A DNA stretch of 64,000 bases. Origin: an uncultured Gammaproteobacteria bacterium. Its GTDB lineage: Bacteria; Pseudomonadota; Gammaproteobacteria; CAWCPV01. The stretch is from assembly GCA_963797555.1 (NCBI GenBank), contig CAWCPV010000002.1, positions 32,001 to 96,000 on the forward strand, in the 5' to 3' direction. Below are positions 22,886-37,142 of this stretch, one piece after another. The notes below the pieces were generated by a model that was given only the letters and a program-made list of their open reading frames with translations, was not told where the DNA came from and did no database searches. How positions within the stretch are numbered: the stretch's first letter is position 1; each line of letters opens with the position of its first letter. The position numbers and the translations under genes are program-made.

Positions 22886-24470
22886 CCGCGTGGAGAAATC
22901 CTACCCTGAGCGACTCGTAGAGAACCTTGTCCCCCCGGATCAGCTCCTCGCGCAGATGATCTACGGCGAGGGCGAACCGCCTGCGCAGATTCTCACCCTC
23001 TGCCACGCCAGTTCCGTTCGGTGAGACCGGCGCGAATTCATCTGGTCGAATGAGGGTCACGTCGAGGGGCTCCAGGAGCGATTGGATTTCCGAGAGAGAT
23101 GAGAATCCCGACCTCCATACCGGGGCCTTCTCGGCGACCTGAGCAGCTAGGGAATCGTCTTCGACGACGTACACGGGGCGCTTGCTCGTCCACCTCGAAC
23201 CAATCCATAGGGGGAGCCGGCGCAGTTGCGTGCGGAGCTGCGGCGACATGTTTTGGAGCTGCCCAGCCAGGGCCCGCATGGTCTCCAGCACCACGCCTCG
23301 GCCCTCAACGTCAAGCGGTCTCTTCGAAAGCTCGCGCAACACCTCGATGCAGTCGTGAGCACTGGGCGCTGGAATCGCCAGCGTGCGCCAGAGCGCTTCC
23401 AGCGGTGTCAGACCTTCGCGCCGCCTTCGACGGTGGTCAAAGGGTGCGGGGGCTCCTCTTCATCGATAGCTGCTGGCGTTCGCGACGCGATGCGTTTCAG
23501 GGTCCGCGAATCTTCGGGACGCGACGGCCGTTCGTCCCCTCCTCCCCGACGGTGAGACGCACCTTCTCCTCCATCCCCTCCCGCGCGAGCACGTCGAGCG
23601 CGGCGTCGGTGGAATCTAGCTCGTCGAGGAGCACGCCGGCCCTCTTGAGTGCGTCGATGACCGACTGGCTGTCGTCATCATCGTTAAGGTAGGAAGGATG
23701 GAGTTGGAGCGCGAGCCCGAGCCGAGCGGCAAGGCTCTCGTCATCAACGCGGCACACGAGCGATTGCGGGTCGGCATGAGCAGGAGGCTCGACGCGACGT
23801 CCGTCTGCGAGGAGGATGGCGCGCTTCCGAAGAAAGTCCTCGATGAGAATCCGCATCAATCGCGGCCCTGGCAAGCCGCACGTACCAGGAGGGATCGCGT
23901 TGTCCGAGCTGCTCGTCGGTGAGGTCAAGGATCGCCAAGGCATCGGCAACGGTGATGCGATGTGATTGGCCAAGCTCGTCCAGCACCTCTCGCCACCGCC
24001 CCTCCTCATCACGAGTGGTCGATGTCAGCGGGTACTTGCCGGGTGCGAGCCTCATCTGGTCGTCTGATGTCAGGAGACCATCGAGGGGCAGTGCCTCGTA
24101 CACGATCTCTGCGATCGGCCTGGCCTCACTGTCCGGCGCGGTTGGGACACGCAAGGCATGGGCGACCAGGAGCTGACACCCCTGGATGACCAACTCCCGG
24201 ACGTGAGCCTGAACCCACTCGTCGGCTCCCTTATCGGCGCTGATCTCGTCGATTAAGGGGACGGCCCACCATCCGTCCGCCGGGCGCGACAAAAAGCGGT
24301 CGAGCGCGACCGCTGCCGAAATCGAGCCGAGATCACCCAGTCGGCGCTCGTTCCATTTTCTATGCAGCAGCGTCGTTCTGGCCGCGTCGGGATCGAACTG
24401 GGCGTTCACACTGAACGGCAAGCCAGTCTTGATCGGCAGTGGGAGCCGATCGTAGAAGCCACCGAGGGAT
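22885..24470 (-). pseudogene. Internal fragment of a large sacsin-like (GHKL ATPase-associated) protein
   Basis: LPLPIKTGLPFSVNAQFDPDAARTTL...WN resembles the LPFxxNAxF...WN sacsin-repeat signature; frameshifted, both ends missing. Confidence 0.5.
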
Positions 24471-24480
24471 TCATGAGCCC

Positions 24481-24740
24481 GCCGTGCAGATGGTCGACGC
24501 ACAGGTGCCGACCACCGATGGGCGCGAATTGACGTTCACCCGCTACACCCAACCTGAGCCAGAACTGCAACTGCTCTTCGCGCAGTTGAAGCTCGAACTG
24601 CCCGCACAACCAGCTCCGAAAATCAGCACCGCCCACACTGCCTCAGCCGCCGCGATGTAGCGCAGACCTTGCCAGGCGCCCTCTCGCAATTTCAACCACT
24701 TACGCTATCCCTACCCCGCGAATCCGCGAAGTCGGGCTAG
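24481..24740 (+). mobile_element. IS1634 3'-end fragment (about 260 bp)
   Basis: Near-identical reverse complement of 28796-29056, ending in IR GCGAATCCGCGAAGTCGGG plus CTAG. Confidence 0.92.
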
Positions 24741-24808
24741 TGCAGTGCGGTACGCGTCTGGTCGCTGCCTTGATATTTAGCAGCTCAAGCACGATCGACA
24801 GCGCCAAC

Positions 24809-25680
24809 CTACTCCAAGAGCCTGACGCGCTCCGCATCCCGCCCATTCAGCCAGCTCAGCGCTAGCGGGTCCCCGGTCGCTTGGAGCGCCTTCTCGTCCG
24901 CAAACAGGAACATCCGGGAGCCCTGACCGTCGTTGAGCTGCTTATTGGCCTCGATGAGGTTCTGGACCCGCTGAGGCGAGCTGGTCACACTGAGCACGCG
25001 AAAGTTCTTGAAGCCGTACACCTTCGTGTGAATGGCCTGCTTCCAGGTCTCGTGGTAGGCCAGCATCTTGCGGTAAAACGAAGTCTGCCGCAGGTCCGAG
25101 CGGAACACCGGCATCGTAGCCCGATCCGCCTCCAGGAAGAAGTAGGCTTTGTTCTTCCCCTCGGGTCTGTCCGTGAAGTGGAGCCCGAACATCTTGTCCG
25201 GGATCACCCCCAGCGTGAGCGCCTGGCCGCGGTGGGTGCAGGTGACATTCCACTTGAGGGGCGCCCTCCTTCTGCGGGTCACCTCCAGCGCCTGCTCCAG
25301 AATCTCTGAAGACCGGATCATCTTCACGGTACCGGCCGGCCGGCACGAAGCCTCGATCGCCACCATGAAGTCCGCCACCAGGAGCGTGTGGTCGAGATCG
25401 AACTTTCCCCGCGGAACGTGGTAAAGCTCTGCCAGCAGATCCGCACCCTTATTTCCGAGCGCATAGACCATGGGCTTGGAGCCCACCCGGCTGTAGAAGT
25501 CGATCTGCTCCTTCAACCGGTCCAGGTAGTGATGGTGGTAGAGAAGACCCAGCCGTCGGACAAGTCCTTGCCCGCCGCCAACAAGCGTAGCAAGGTGGGT
25601 GGACCGCAGGAACCGATGACGGAAGACATGGAGCAGGATCTCGACATCCCGCTCGGTGAGCTGGATATGCCCCTCCGGGG
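24809..25680 (-). pseudogene. Replication-relaxation family protein, 5'-truncated
   Basis: LTERDVEIL..HRFL, HTLLVADF, IPDKMFGL, FFLEADRATMP motifs. Confidence 0.75.
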
Positions 25681-25689
25681 CTCGCCGGA

Positions 25690-25940
25690 TGGAGGGCGAG
25701 GTCGATCACACCATGCAACTGGATGGCACCGGCCCGGGTGACTACCGCTCCGTCGTTGCTTTCTTTGCCCGGCAACTGCTCAAGGACTTGCGCCTGGTCG
25801 GCGGCTACGACCAGATCTATCCCAAGGTCAAGGTGTTCATCCGCGACCACCTCTTCACCCAGCCGGTCGATCTCGAAGACCCGGTCATCCTGCGCAACCT
25901 GTCCGAGCCGGAAGTCGGCAAGGTGCTGTTCGACCACTTG
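25690..25940 (+). pseudogene. Probable type III restriction (Res subunit) internal fragment
   Basis: DYRSVVAFFARQLLKDLRLVGGYDQIYPKVKVFIRDHLF..VDLEDPVILRNLSE; recognised from memory only. Confidence 0.5.
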
Positions 25941-26696
25941 CGTGAGCCGGCGATATGCCCCAGGTCGCCCACGTAGTCCGCCGGGGGTCGGACGTCCAGC
26001 ACCAAGAGGTCCTGTTGCTTGTCGAGGCGCGACTTCAGGGCTTCGACGTTCAGGCTCGGGCCGCGCCGCAGGCGGCTGACGAGACGCGGCAAGAAGGCGA
26101 GTGCGACCAGCAGGGCCAGGGCCAGCAGAACCTTCCGGATCAAGCCCTGCTCACCGGTGACCGCCTCACGTCCCGCGTAGCCGACGTAGGTGAAAGCGAT
26201 CGATCCGGCAGCATGAAGACGTAGGTGGCCGCGAGGTAATGGAGGAAACGCCCGCGGGTCAGGCCGAGCGCATAGTTGAGAAGGTTGAAGGGGAATAGCG
26301 GGACCAGGCGCACGAATGCCACGAAGCGCCATCCTCCCGATTCCGCTCCCTGAATGAGTTGCTGCAGCTTCCCCCGACTTTGCGTTCTACCCAGCTCGCG
26401 GCGAGATAGCGGGCGATCAGAAAGGCCGCTGAGGCGCCGAGCGTAGCCCCGCCGAGGTTGTACAATATGCCCCAGAAGGCGCCGAACAGGGCGCCCCCAG
26501 CCAGGGCCAGCACCGAACCCGGCACGAACAGCACCGTGGCCAGCGCATAAAGCACCACGAAAGCGACCGGCGCTGCAACTCCCGCCTGCTGGACCCAATG
26601 CTCCACGGTGGCCGCATCGAAGTCACCGCGGTGCAAGACCGTCCATGCGATACCTCGCGCCGAGGACAAGGAGCAGAGCGAGCCGCAGCAGATCAA
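25940..26696 (-). pseudogene. DedA/TVP38 (VTT) membrane protein fused to a truncated rhodanese domain
   Basis: FVPGSVLALAGGALFG, RLVPLFPFNLLNYALGLT, LDVRPPADYVG.LGHIAGS; frameshifted. Confidence 0.8.
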
Positions 26697-27553
26697 CGCG
26701 CCTCACCGGTTCCTCCCCAGCGGCGACGGTTGATAACATAGTCGGACACGTTGCCGATGAAAGGCAGCGCAAGCATCCCGGGAAGGGTGCAACAGCGCCT
26801 GGGGTCTCGGAAGGTCCAGATGCCGATGGTCATCTGCTCGTGGCTGGCCCGCGGCTGGCTGCGATAGGTGCCGAACAGCCGGTCCCACCACGGGAGGTTG
26901 AAGCCGAAGTTGCTGTTGGTCTCGTCGTCCTCCACCGAGTGGTGCACGCGGTGCATGTCGGGCGTCACCACGAAGAGCCGCAACATCCGGTCCGCCGCCA
27001 CGGGAATGCGCACGTTCCCATGGTTGAATAGGGACGTGGCGTTGAGCAGGACCTCGAAGAGGAGCACCGCAACGGCGGGTGGACCCAGTACCGTGACCGC
27101 CGCGAGCTTGACGAGCATGGAGAGGATGATCTCGATGGGATGGAAGCGGGCGCCGGTGGTCACATCGAAGTCGAGATCCGCGTGGTGGACGCGGTGCAGC
27201 CGCCAGAGGGCCGGGATCGCGTGGAACATCACATGCTGCAGATAAATGGCGAAGTCGAGGGCAAGGATCGAGCCGACCGCGGCCGCCCAGTGGGGCACGG
27301 ACACATTGTTGAGAAGTCCCCAGCCGCGCTCCGTCGCGAACAGGGCCATGCCGACCGCCGCGGCGGGAAACAGGAGCCTCAGCAAGACGCTGTTGAGCAG
27401 CACGACGCCGAGGTTGGTCACCCAGCGCATGGCCTTGGATATCGCGAGGGCCCGACGCGGCGCAAGCAGCTCCCAAAGCGCCATCAGCAGCAAGATGCCG
27501 AGAAAGCCTCCGAGCCGGATTGCTGGCTCGTGATTGATGATAAGCTCGTCCAT
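26693..27553 (-). CDS. Sterol desaturase/fatty-acid hydroxylase family protein
   Basis: His boxes HVMFH, HRVHH, FNHGN, HRVHH; NFG..WWDRLFGTY. Confidence 0.9.
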   Translation of the reverse strand: MDELIINHEPAIRLGGFLGILLLMALWELLAPRRALAISKAMRWVTNLGVVLLNSVLLRLLFPAAAVGMALFATERGWGLLNNVSVPHWAAAVGSILALDFAIYLQHVMFHAIPALWRLHRVHHADLDFDVTTGARFHPIEIILSMLVKLAAVTVLGPPAVAVLLFEVLLNATSLFNHGNVRIPVAADRMLRLFVVTPDMHRVHHSVEDDETNSNFGFNLPWWDRLFGTYRSQPRASHEQMTIGIWTFRDPRRCCTLPGMLALPFIGNVSDYVINRRRWGGTGEAR

Positions 27554-27619
27554 CGGTTGACCGCTGGCCAGGCACCGAGTAATGCTCAAGTGTTCCATTG
27601 AATACATTCCGACAGCGCC

Positions 27620-28312
27620 ATGTCAAGTAGCTCGTTCAAGCAGCGCCTGTTCGACCAATTCGCCCTGATCGCCAAAGCCCTCGCCAGCGGACGCCGGCTG
27701 GAGTTGCTGGAGTACCTGGCACAGGGTGAGCGCAGCGTGGAGGCCTTGGCCGAGGTATCGGGCCTCAGCCTCGCGAACGCCTCCCAGCACCTGCAGCAGC
27801 TTCGCCGCGCCGGGCTCGCCGCCCCGCGCAAGGCCGGTCAGCACGTGTACTACCGGCTAGCGGACGCCAAGGTCATCGAGCTGATGAGCGTGCTGCGGGC
27901 CATCGCAGAGAAGAACTTGGCCGAGGTCGAGCGACTCGTGAGGAGCTACCTCGCCGTGAAGGACGACTTGGAGCCCGTCCCGGCCGAGGAGCTGCGCGAA
28001 CGCATGCGGCACGGTCTGGTAACGGTGCTGGATGTGCGTCCGGCGGAGGAGTTCGCGGCGGGCCATCTGCCCGGCGCCATCAACATCCCGCTCAAAGTGT
28101 TGGAGGAGAACCTGGAGCGGCTGCCGCGCGATTCCGAGATTGTGGCCTACTGCCGCGGTCCTTACTGTGTGCTCGCCTTCGAGGCGGTTTCGAGACTGCG
28201 GGCAAAAGGCTTCCAGGCGAAGCGACTGGAGAACGGCTATCCCGAGTGGAAGGGCGCCGGCCTGCCGGTGGAAGAGTCCATCCACGCGAGCGCTGCTCGG
28301 GACAATACCTAG
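27620..28312 (+). CDS. ArsR/SmtB regulator with C-terminal rhodanese domain
   Basis: KALASGRRLELL...ASQHLQQLR HTH; LDVRPAEEFAAGHLPGA, YCRGPYC. Confidence 0.92.
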   Translation: MSSSSFKQRLFDQFALIAKALASGRRLELLEYLAQGERSVEALAEVSGLSLANASQHLQQLRRAGLAAPRKAGQHVYYRLADAKVIELMSVLRAIAEKNLAEVERLVRSYLAVKDDLEPVPAEELRERMRHGLVTVLDVRPAEEFAAGHLPGAINIPLKVLEENLERLPRDSEIVAYCRGPYCVLAFEAVSRLRAKGFQAKRLENGYPEWKGAGLPVEESIHASAARDNT

Positions 28313-28799
28313 GCTGTACGAGGCAGACCCACCGCGTCGCAAGGCCGCGGCGCCGCCACTCGTTCCCGGAATGACCTTAACGCCTGAAGTCGGCGCGGCG
28401 CGTTCGACGGGGACTGCCGGCGACCCGGCCGAAGCCTCGTGGTCGGTTACGAGCGGGCCCGTCGGGACCCAATAGTCACCTCTCCGACTTCCGAGGGCAA
28501 CTCCGTGTTGCCACGGTATATGCCTCGCTGGACAGGCTCAAGCTCCAACGCAAGCTCGACGAGATCGGTCGGACCCGCCTGAGTGACGCGGAGGGGGGTA
28601 CGTGAGCATGCGGTCGCGGCCGTATGCTGTCCTCGCCGGGCTGGGAGCGGCCCTTCTGATCCGCAGGGAGGAGCAGACCCAGCAGCGCTTCGTCCGCACC
28701 CCTGCGGGATACACAGGCCGCACGCCCGCTCTTCACCGACGAGTCGAACCGCGACCAAGCGGACGATCCGCCCGTTCCTCGATGCACCATAGACCCTAG

Positions 28800-30498
28800 C
28801 CCGACTTCGCGGATTCGCGGGGTAGGGATAGCGTAAGTGGTTGAAATTGCGAGAGGGCGCCTGGCAAGGTCTGCACTACATCGCGGCGGCTGAGGCAGTG
28901 TGGGCGGTGCTGATTTTCGGAGCTGGTGGTGCGGGCAGTTCGAGCTTCAACTGCGCGAGGAGCAGTTGCAGTTCTGGCTCAGGTTGGGTGTAGCGGGTGA
29001 ACGTCAATTCGCGCCCATCGGTGGTCGGCACCTGTGCGTCGACCATCTGCACGGCGGCGAATTTCTCCAGCACGCTGCGCGTGGTTAATCCAGGCGCGAG
29101 CGCATGCAAACGTCGCCCGAGCGTGACATGCAGACAATAGGCAAGAAAGGCAATGAAGATATGGGCTTCGATACGCTCGATGTGTTGATGAAAGATTGGC
29201 CGAATGGCCAAATCCCCCTTGAGATTCTTGAATGCTTCTTCCACCGCCACCAGTTGCAGGTAAACCCCCATAGCTTGGCGGGATCGGTGTCGGTGAGATT
29301 GGTGCGCAGCAGATACCGTCCTTCGCGCCGGCGCACTTCACGCAGCTTATCGCGGCGCAGGCGGTAGCTAAACGTGGCGTCCTTGGGGTCGACCTCCAGT
29401 TGAACCAAGCGCCATACCGCCGGGCCGTGTTGGCGCGCCGCACCGAGCTTCATCAGCAGTTGCTCGCGGGTGAGCTGCATGGTCGCGAGTTTCTTCAACC
29501 GCGCCCATAACCACTTCAGCTTGCGCCGTCGTATCGCACGCTCCTTCGCCACGCGCTGTTCACTTTGCGCGTACACATACAGCTCCCCATCCTGCGCCAA
29601 CAGTTTCACGGCTACGCCGGGGCGCGCTTCCCGCCACGGCTTGAGCAGCAGCGCGCTCTCCAATTTGCTGAGCCGCCCCTTGGGCGTGCCCACCAGGTCA
29701 GTGCACTGGCGGGCGACTTGCGCGCATCTCTTCCAGCACCGCTTCGGTCGGAATGCCGCGGTCCATCACCCAAATCCGCTGCGCTCTTCCGTACTGACGC
29801 TCAATGCGCGCGAGGAACTCCTTCAACGTCGTCTTGTCGGCCGTATTGCCCGCCAACACTTCATAGGCCAAGGGCAAGCCTTCCGGGGTCACCACCCAGG
29901 CGATCACCACCTGCACACAGTCCCTGCGCTTATCGCGCGAGTGGCCGAATCGTCGTTTGTCCTGCTCCGACTGCGGGGGCTCACACTCAAAGTAGGTGCT
30001 CGTGAGGTCGTAGAGCAGCACCTCGAAGGTGGCATTGAACAGATCCCGCCACCGCCGCACCAGATGGTCAAAGACCGCCGCCTTGTGCTCCAGCAAGCGG
30101 TCGTGACAGACATACAGCCGGTGGCTGTCGGAGAGCGCCGCATCCGCTCCGAGCAAATCCGTCAAGGCCGTACGGCCAAACCACTCCCGGTGCAACCGCC
30201 ACTCGCTGCCCGGTGCCAGCAACCGATAGGCCACGAGCACGAATAACACCTGATCCCACCGAGTGCCCTTGCGACTCGGCGTTAACCGTTCCCACCAGAA
30301 GCTCCTTGCCGTCTTTCTTCCGAGTCGTGGCCCGTAGAAACATGATGGAACATCATTATCCGCAGATTTTTCCCCTTGAAAACAAGCAAGGTCTTCACTA
30401 CAGCGCGTTTCAACCCTTTTTGGCTCACCACGGTCCCCACAAACAATCACTTACCCCTGGCCAGCGGGCCAATCGCCGTGCGAATCCGCGAAGTCGGG
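28800..30498 (-). mobile_element. IS1634-family element; transposase (30343-28876) frameshifted and internally deleted
   Basis: 19-bp IR CCCGACTTCGCGGATTCGC at both ends, flanked by CTAG (28796-99, 30499-502); YDLTSTYFE, GHSRDKR.D, VMDRGI, VEEAFKNLK, RPIFH. Confidence 0.92.
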
Positions 30499-30664
30499 CT
30501 AGGCTACCGCCCCCGCCAGCCCGTGGTCTGATCCCGGGACAGCCCCATCGGCGCACCCTGCAGCTCTTTCCTGTTCAACCGGCAAGCCCTCTCGCGACGC
30601 TCACGCCTTGCGATCCGCTGCAATGGAGCGACCGCAGAGGGAGTGACCGGACACGACCGCCTAG

Positions 30665-33705
<3,041 letters not shown>

Positions 33706-33706
33706 C

Positions 33707-34735
33707 GTGCGACTGCCCGCGGAGCGCCTGGCGGACCACCTGGCTCGCGGCCTGGCCCCGGCGTACCTGGTGTTTGGTGAGGAGCCCCTGTTGATCGCCG
33801 AGGCCGGTGATGCAATCCGGGCTAGCGCCCGTGAACGCGGCTACGACGAACGCCTGGTGTTCGTCGCGGACACGGGATTCGACTGGAACACGCTGAAGGT
33901 GGAGGCGTTCAGCCCGTCCCTGTTCTCGGCCAGACGACTGCTGGAGCTTCGCCTGGAAACCGCCCCCGGAGAGGCAGGGAGCCCATTTATCACCCACTAT
34001 GCCGCCCAGCCGCCCGCAGACTGCCTGCTGCTGGTGACCGCGGGCAAGCTCGACAGCCGGGCGCAGAAGACGCGGTGGTTCCAGGCATTGGAACAGGTAG
34101 CGTTGCTGGTACCCGTCCGCCCTGTGCCCGCAGCGCGGCTCCCAGACTGGATCAAGCAGCGATTGCAGGCCAAGGGTTTCCAGTCCACCCCCGAGGCCGC
34201 CTCCTTGCTCGCGGAACGGGTGGAAGGTAACCTATTGGCGGCGGCCCAGGAACTGGAGAAGCTCCGTCTGCTACACCGCAGCAACCAATTGGATGTGGAA
34301 GACGTCCTGGACGCGGTCGGTGACAGTGCCCGATACACTGTCTACGACTTGGCCGACGCGGCGCTGGATCGCGACCCGACCCGAGTCGTGCGCATTCTCC
34401 GGGGCGTGCGGGCGGAGGGGCTGGAGCCGCCACTGGTGCTATGGGCGCTGGCGCGTGAGCTGCGCGTTCTTCTGGGGCTTAGCCATGACCTGGAGTCGGG
34501 CCGCCGCTTGGAGCAAAGCCTGACGCAACGGGGCGTGCGGGAACTTCAGAAGCCCCGGGTGCGCGCGGCGTTGGCCGGACGCACCTGGTCTCACTTCCGG
34601 CGGCTGTTACAGCGCGCAGCGCGCTGCGACCGTGTCATCAAGGGGGTCGAGCCCGGCGATCCGTGGGACGAGCTGTTGGCGCTGGCCGTCGGCCTGGCGG
34701 GGCCCGAGCTACCCTCGGCGGCGGCCGTCGGCTAA
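33707..34735 (+). CDS. holA: DNA polymerase III delta subunit
   Basis: YLVFGEEPLL, SLFS.RRL, VEGNLLAAAQELEKL; synteny. Confidence 0.95.
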   Translation: MRLPAERLADHLARGLAPAYLVFGEEPLLIAEAGDAIRASARERGYDERLVFVADTGFDWNTLKVEAFSPSLFSARRLLELRLETAPGEAGSPFITHYAAQPPADCLLLVTAGKLDSRAQKTRWFQALEQVALLVPVRPVPAARLPDWIKQRLQAKGFQSTPEAASLLAERVEGNLLAAAQELEKLRLLHRSNQLDVEDVLDAVGDSARYTVYDLADAALDRDPTRVVRILRGVRAEGLEPPLVLWALARELRVLLGLSHDLESGRRLEQSLTQRGVRELQKPRVRAALAGRTWSHFRRLLQRAARCDRVIKGVEPGDPWDELLALAVGLAGPELPSAAAVG

Positions 34736-34813
34736 GACGGTGCCGCCCCGGACGAGGGTCCCAAGCGCATATCGCAAGCGGGACCACGCGGCCCACGAAG
34801 AGGCGAGTTGAGG

Positions 34814-36094
34814 ATGCAGGTGCTGACGGAAGAGCCCACTGACATCGGACAGTACATGCACCGCATCGGGCGCCGCGCGCGTGCCGCGGCGCAGGTCCTT
34901 GCGCGCACCCCCACGGGCAGCAAGGACGCCGCACTTCTGGCTGTGGCCGAAGCTGTGGAGCGCGAGTCCGACAGCCTGATCGAGGCCAACCGCCGGGATC
35001 TCACCGCCGCCGAGAGTGCGGGCCTGGATCCTCCCGCGCTGGACCGCCTGGCGCTGACCGCGGAGCGCATCGGAGCCATGGCCGATGGACTGCGCCAGAT
35101 TGCCGCGCTTCCCGATCCGGTCGGAGAAGTGACGGACCTCAAGTATCGGCCCTCGGGCATCCAGGTGGGCCGCATGCGCGTGCCGCTCGGGGTCATCGGG
35201 ATCATCTATGAGTCGCGTCCTAATGTCACAGCCGACGCTGCGGGTCTGTGCCTCAAATCCGGAAACGCCACTATCCTACGCGGGGGCACCGAGGCCATCC
35301 ACTCCAACCAGGCCGTCGCCGCCTGCATCCACCTGGGACTTTCCAGCGCCGGTCTTCCGGAGGATGCCGTACAGGTGGTCGAAACCACGGACCGGGCCGC
35401 GGTCCGTGAGCTGGTGCGCATGCAGGAGTACGTGGACGTGATCGTTCCCCGCGGCGGCAAGGGGCTCATCGAGCACATCAGCCGCGAAGCCCTGGTCCCG
35501 GTCATCAAGCACCTGCACGGGATCTGCCATGTATACATCGATGACCGCGCCGCCCTCGACAAGGCCGTGGCCATCGCGTACAACGCCAAGACCCAACGCT
35601 ACGGAACCTGCAACACCATGGAGACCCTGTTGGTGGCGGAGGGTGTCGCGGAAACGGTTCTGCCCAGGCTCGCGCGCATGTACCGCGAGGCGGGAGTGGA
35701 GCTGCGGGGCTGCCCGCTGACTCAGGCCATCCTGCCCGATGTCGCGGCTGCCACCGACGAGGACTGGGACACCGAGTACCTGGCCCCCATCCTGTCCATC
35801 CGGGTAGTCGAGGATCTGGACGAGGCCATCCAGCACATCCGTAATCACGGGTCCCAGCACACTGACGCCATCGTCACCGAGGACTACGGGCGCGCGTGGC
35901 GCTTTCTGCGGGAGGTGGACTCCAGCTCGGTCATGGTCAACGCATCCACCCGCTTCGCCGACGGCTTCGAGTACGGTCTGGGAGCAGAGATTGGCATCTC
36001 CACCGACAAGCTCCACGCCCGCGGCCCGGTCGGGCTGGAGGGGCTGACATCCCAGAAATTCATCGTCCTGGGCGACGGCCACATCCGGAGATAA
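34814..36094 (+). CDS. proA: Gamma-glutamyl phosphate reductase
   Basis: [44 protein letters not shown]. Confidence 0.97.
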   Translation: MQVLTEEPTDIGQYMHRIGRRARAAAQVLARTPTGSKDAALLAVAEAVERESDSLIEANRRDLTAAESAGLDPPALDRLALTAERIGAMADGLRQIAALPDPVGEVTDLKYRPSGIQVGRMRVPLGVIGIIYESRPNVTADAAGLCLKSGNATILRGGTEAIHSNQAVAACIHLGLSSAGLPEDAVQVVETTDRAAVRELVRMQEYVDVIVPRGGKGLIEHISREALVPVIKHLHGICHVYIDDRAALDKAVAIAYNAKTQRYGTCNTMETLLVAEGVAETVLPRLARMYREAGVELRGCPLTQAILPDVAAATDEDWDTEYLAPILSIRVVEDLDEAIQHIRNHGSQHTDAIVTEDYGRAWRFLREVDSSSVMVNASTRFADGFEYGLGAEIGISTDKLHARGPVGLEGLTSQKFIVLGDGHIRR

Positions 36095-36778
36095 GTGCAG
36101 CCGATAGGCGTTCTCGGCGGCACCTTCGACCCCGTCCACTTCGGGCACCTGCGTTCGGCCCTCGAGGTAAGGGAGGCGCTCGGTCTCGCGCAGTTGCGCC
36201 TGATTCCCTGCCGCCTGCCGCCCCACCGTGACCCGCCCGTGGCAAGCGCCGCACAGCGGCTCGCGATGCTGGAGGCGGCCATCGCCGGAGAGCCAGGGCT
36301 GCACGTCGACCGCCGCGAGCTGGATCGCCCCCCTCCCTCCTATACGGTGGACACCCTGCGCTCGCTGCGTACCGAGTTCGGCGCCCAGGCACCGCTGTGC
36401 CTGCTCTTGGGACAGGACGCGTTCCGAGGTGTGCCGGCCTGGCACCGTTGGGAGTTGCTCATCGAGCTCGCTCATTTCATCGTTCTGGAACGGCCCCAAC
36501 CACCCGAACGTTGGCCGCCAGAGGTCGAGGCGCTGCTGGAAGGTCGCCGGGCGGCAGACCCGAAGCGGCTGGCGGAGTGCCCTGCCGGGCTCGTGCTGTG
36601 CCACCGTGTCACCCAGCTCGACATCTCCGCCACCCGCATCCGGGATCTGGTCGCCTCCGGCAGCAGTCCACGCTATCTACTCCCTGACGCCGTGTGGGCC
36701 ATGATTCTGGAGCATGGCCTGTATGCCCACAGGAGCAGCCCCGCTTTCCGAACGGCACTCCGGGGGGAGACAGGATGA
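36095..36778 (+). CDS. nadD: Nicotinate-nucleotide adenylyltransferase
   Basis: [25 protein letters not shown]. Confidence 0.96.
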   Translation: MQPIGVLGGTFDPVHFGHLRSALEVREALGLAQLRLIPCRLPPHRDPPVASAAQRLAMLEAAIAGEPGLHVDRRELDRPPPSYTVDTLRSLRTEFGAQAPLCLLLGQDAFRGVPAWHRWELLIELAHFIVLERPQPPERWPPEVEALLEGRRAADPKRLAECPAGLVLCHRVTQLDISATRIRDLVASGSSPRYLLPDAVWAMILEHGLYAHRSSPAFRTALRGETG

Positions 36779-37131
36779 CAACGGAGCAGCTGGAGGCGTT
36801 AGTCGTCGCGGCCCTCGAGGATCTGAAGGGGATCGACATCCGCGTGCTGGACGTACGTGGGCTCACTAGCATCACCGATGTCATGGTGATCGCCGGCGGC
36901 ACCTCTAGCCGTCACGTCAAGTCACTGGCGCAACACCTGGTCGAGAAGGCAGCGGAGCGGGACATCCGCCCCCTGGGAGTCGAAGGGGAACTGTACGGCG
37001 AGTGGATCCTGGTGGATCTGGGGGATGTCGTGGCACACCTCATGCTGCCCCAGATCAGGGACTTCTATAACCTGGAAAAGCTCTGGGCCGACCCCAAGGC
37101 TGCCGCACACCCCGCACCGGCCGCCCACTGA
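36775..37131 (+). CDS. rsfS: Ribosome silencing factor
   Basis: [29 protein letters not shown]...FYNLEKLW. Confidence 0.96.
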   Translation: MTTEQLEALVVAALEDLKGIDIRVLDVRGLTSITDVMVIAGGTSSRHVKSLAQHLVEKAAERDIRPLGVEGELYGEWILVDLGDVVAHLMLPQIRDFYNLEKLWADPKAAAHPAPAAH

Positions 37132-37142
37132 CCGGCCGGGCA

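Noticed and set aside
35276-36604. 442-aa minus-strand ORF
   Set aside because: Antisense shadow of proA and nadD.
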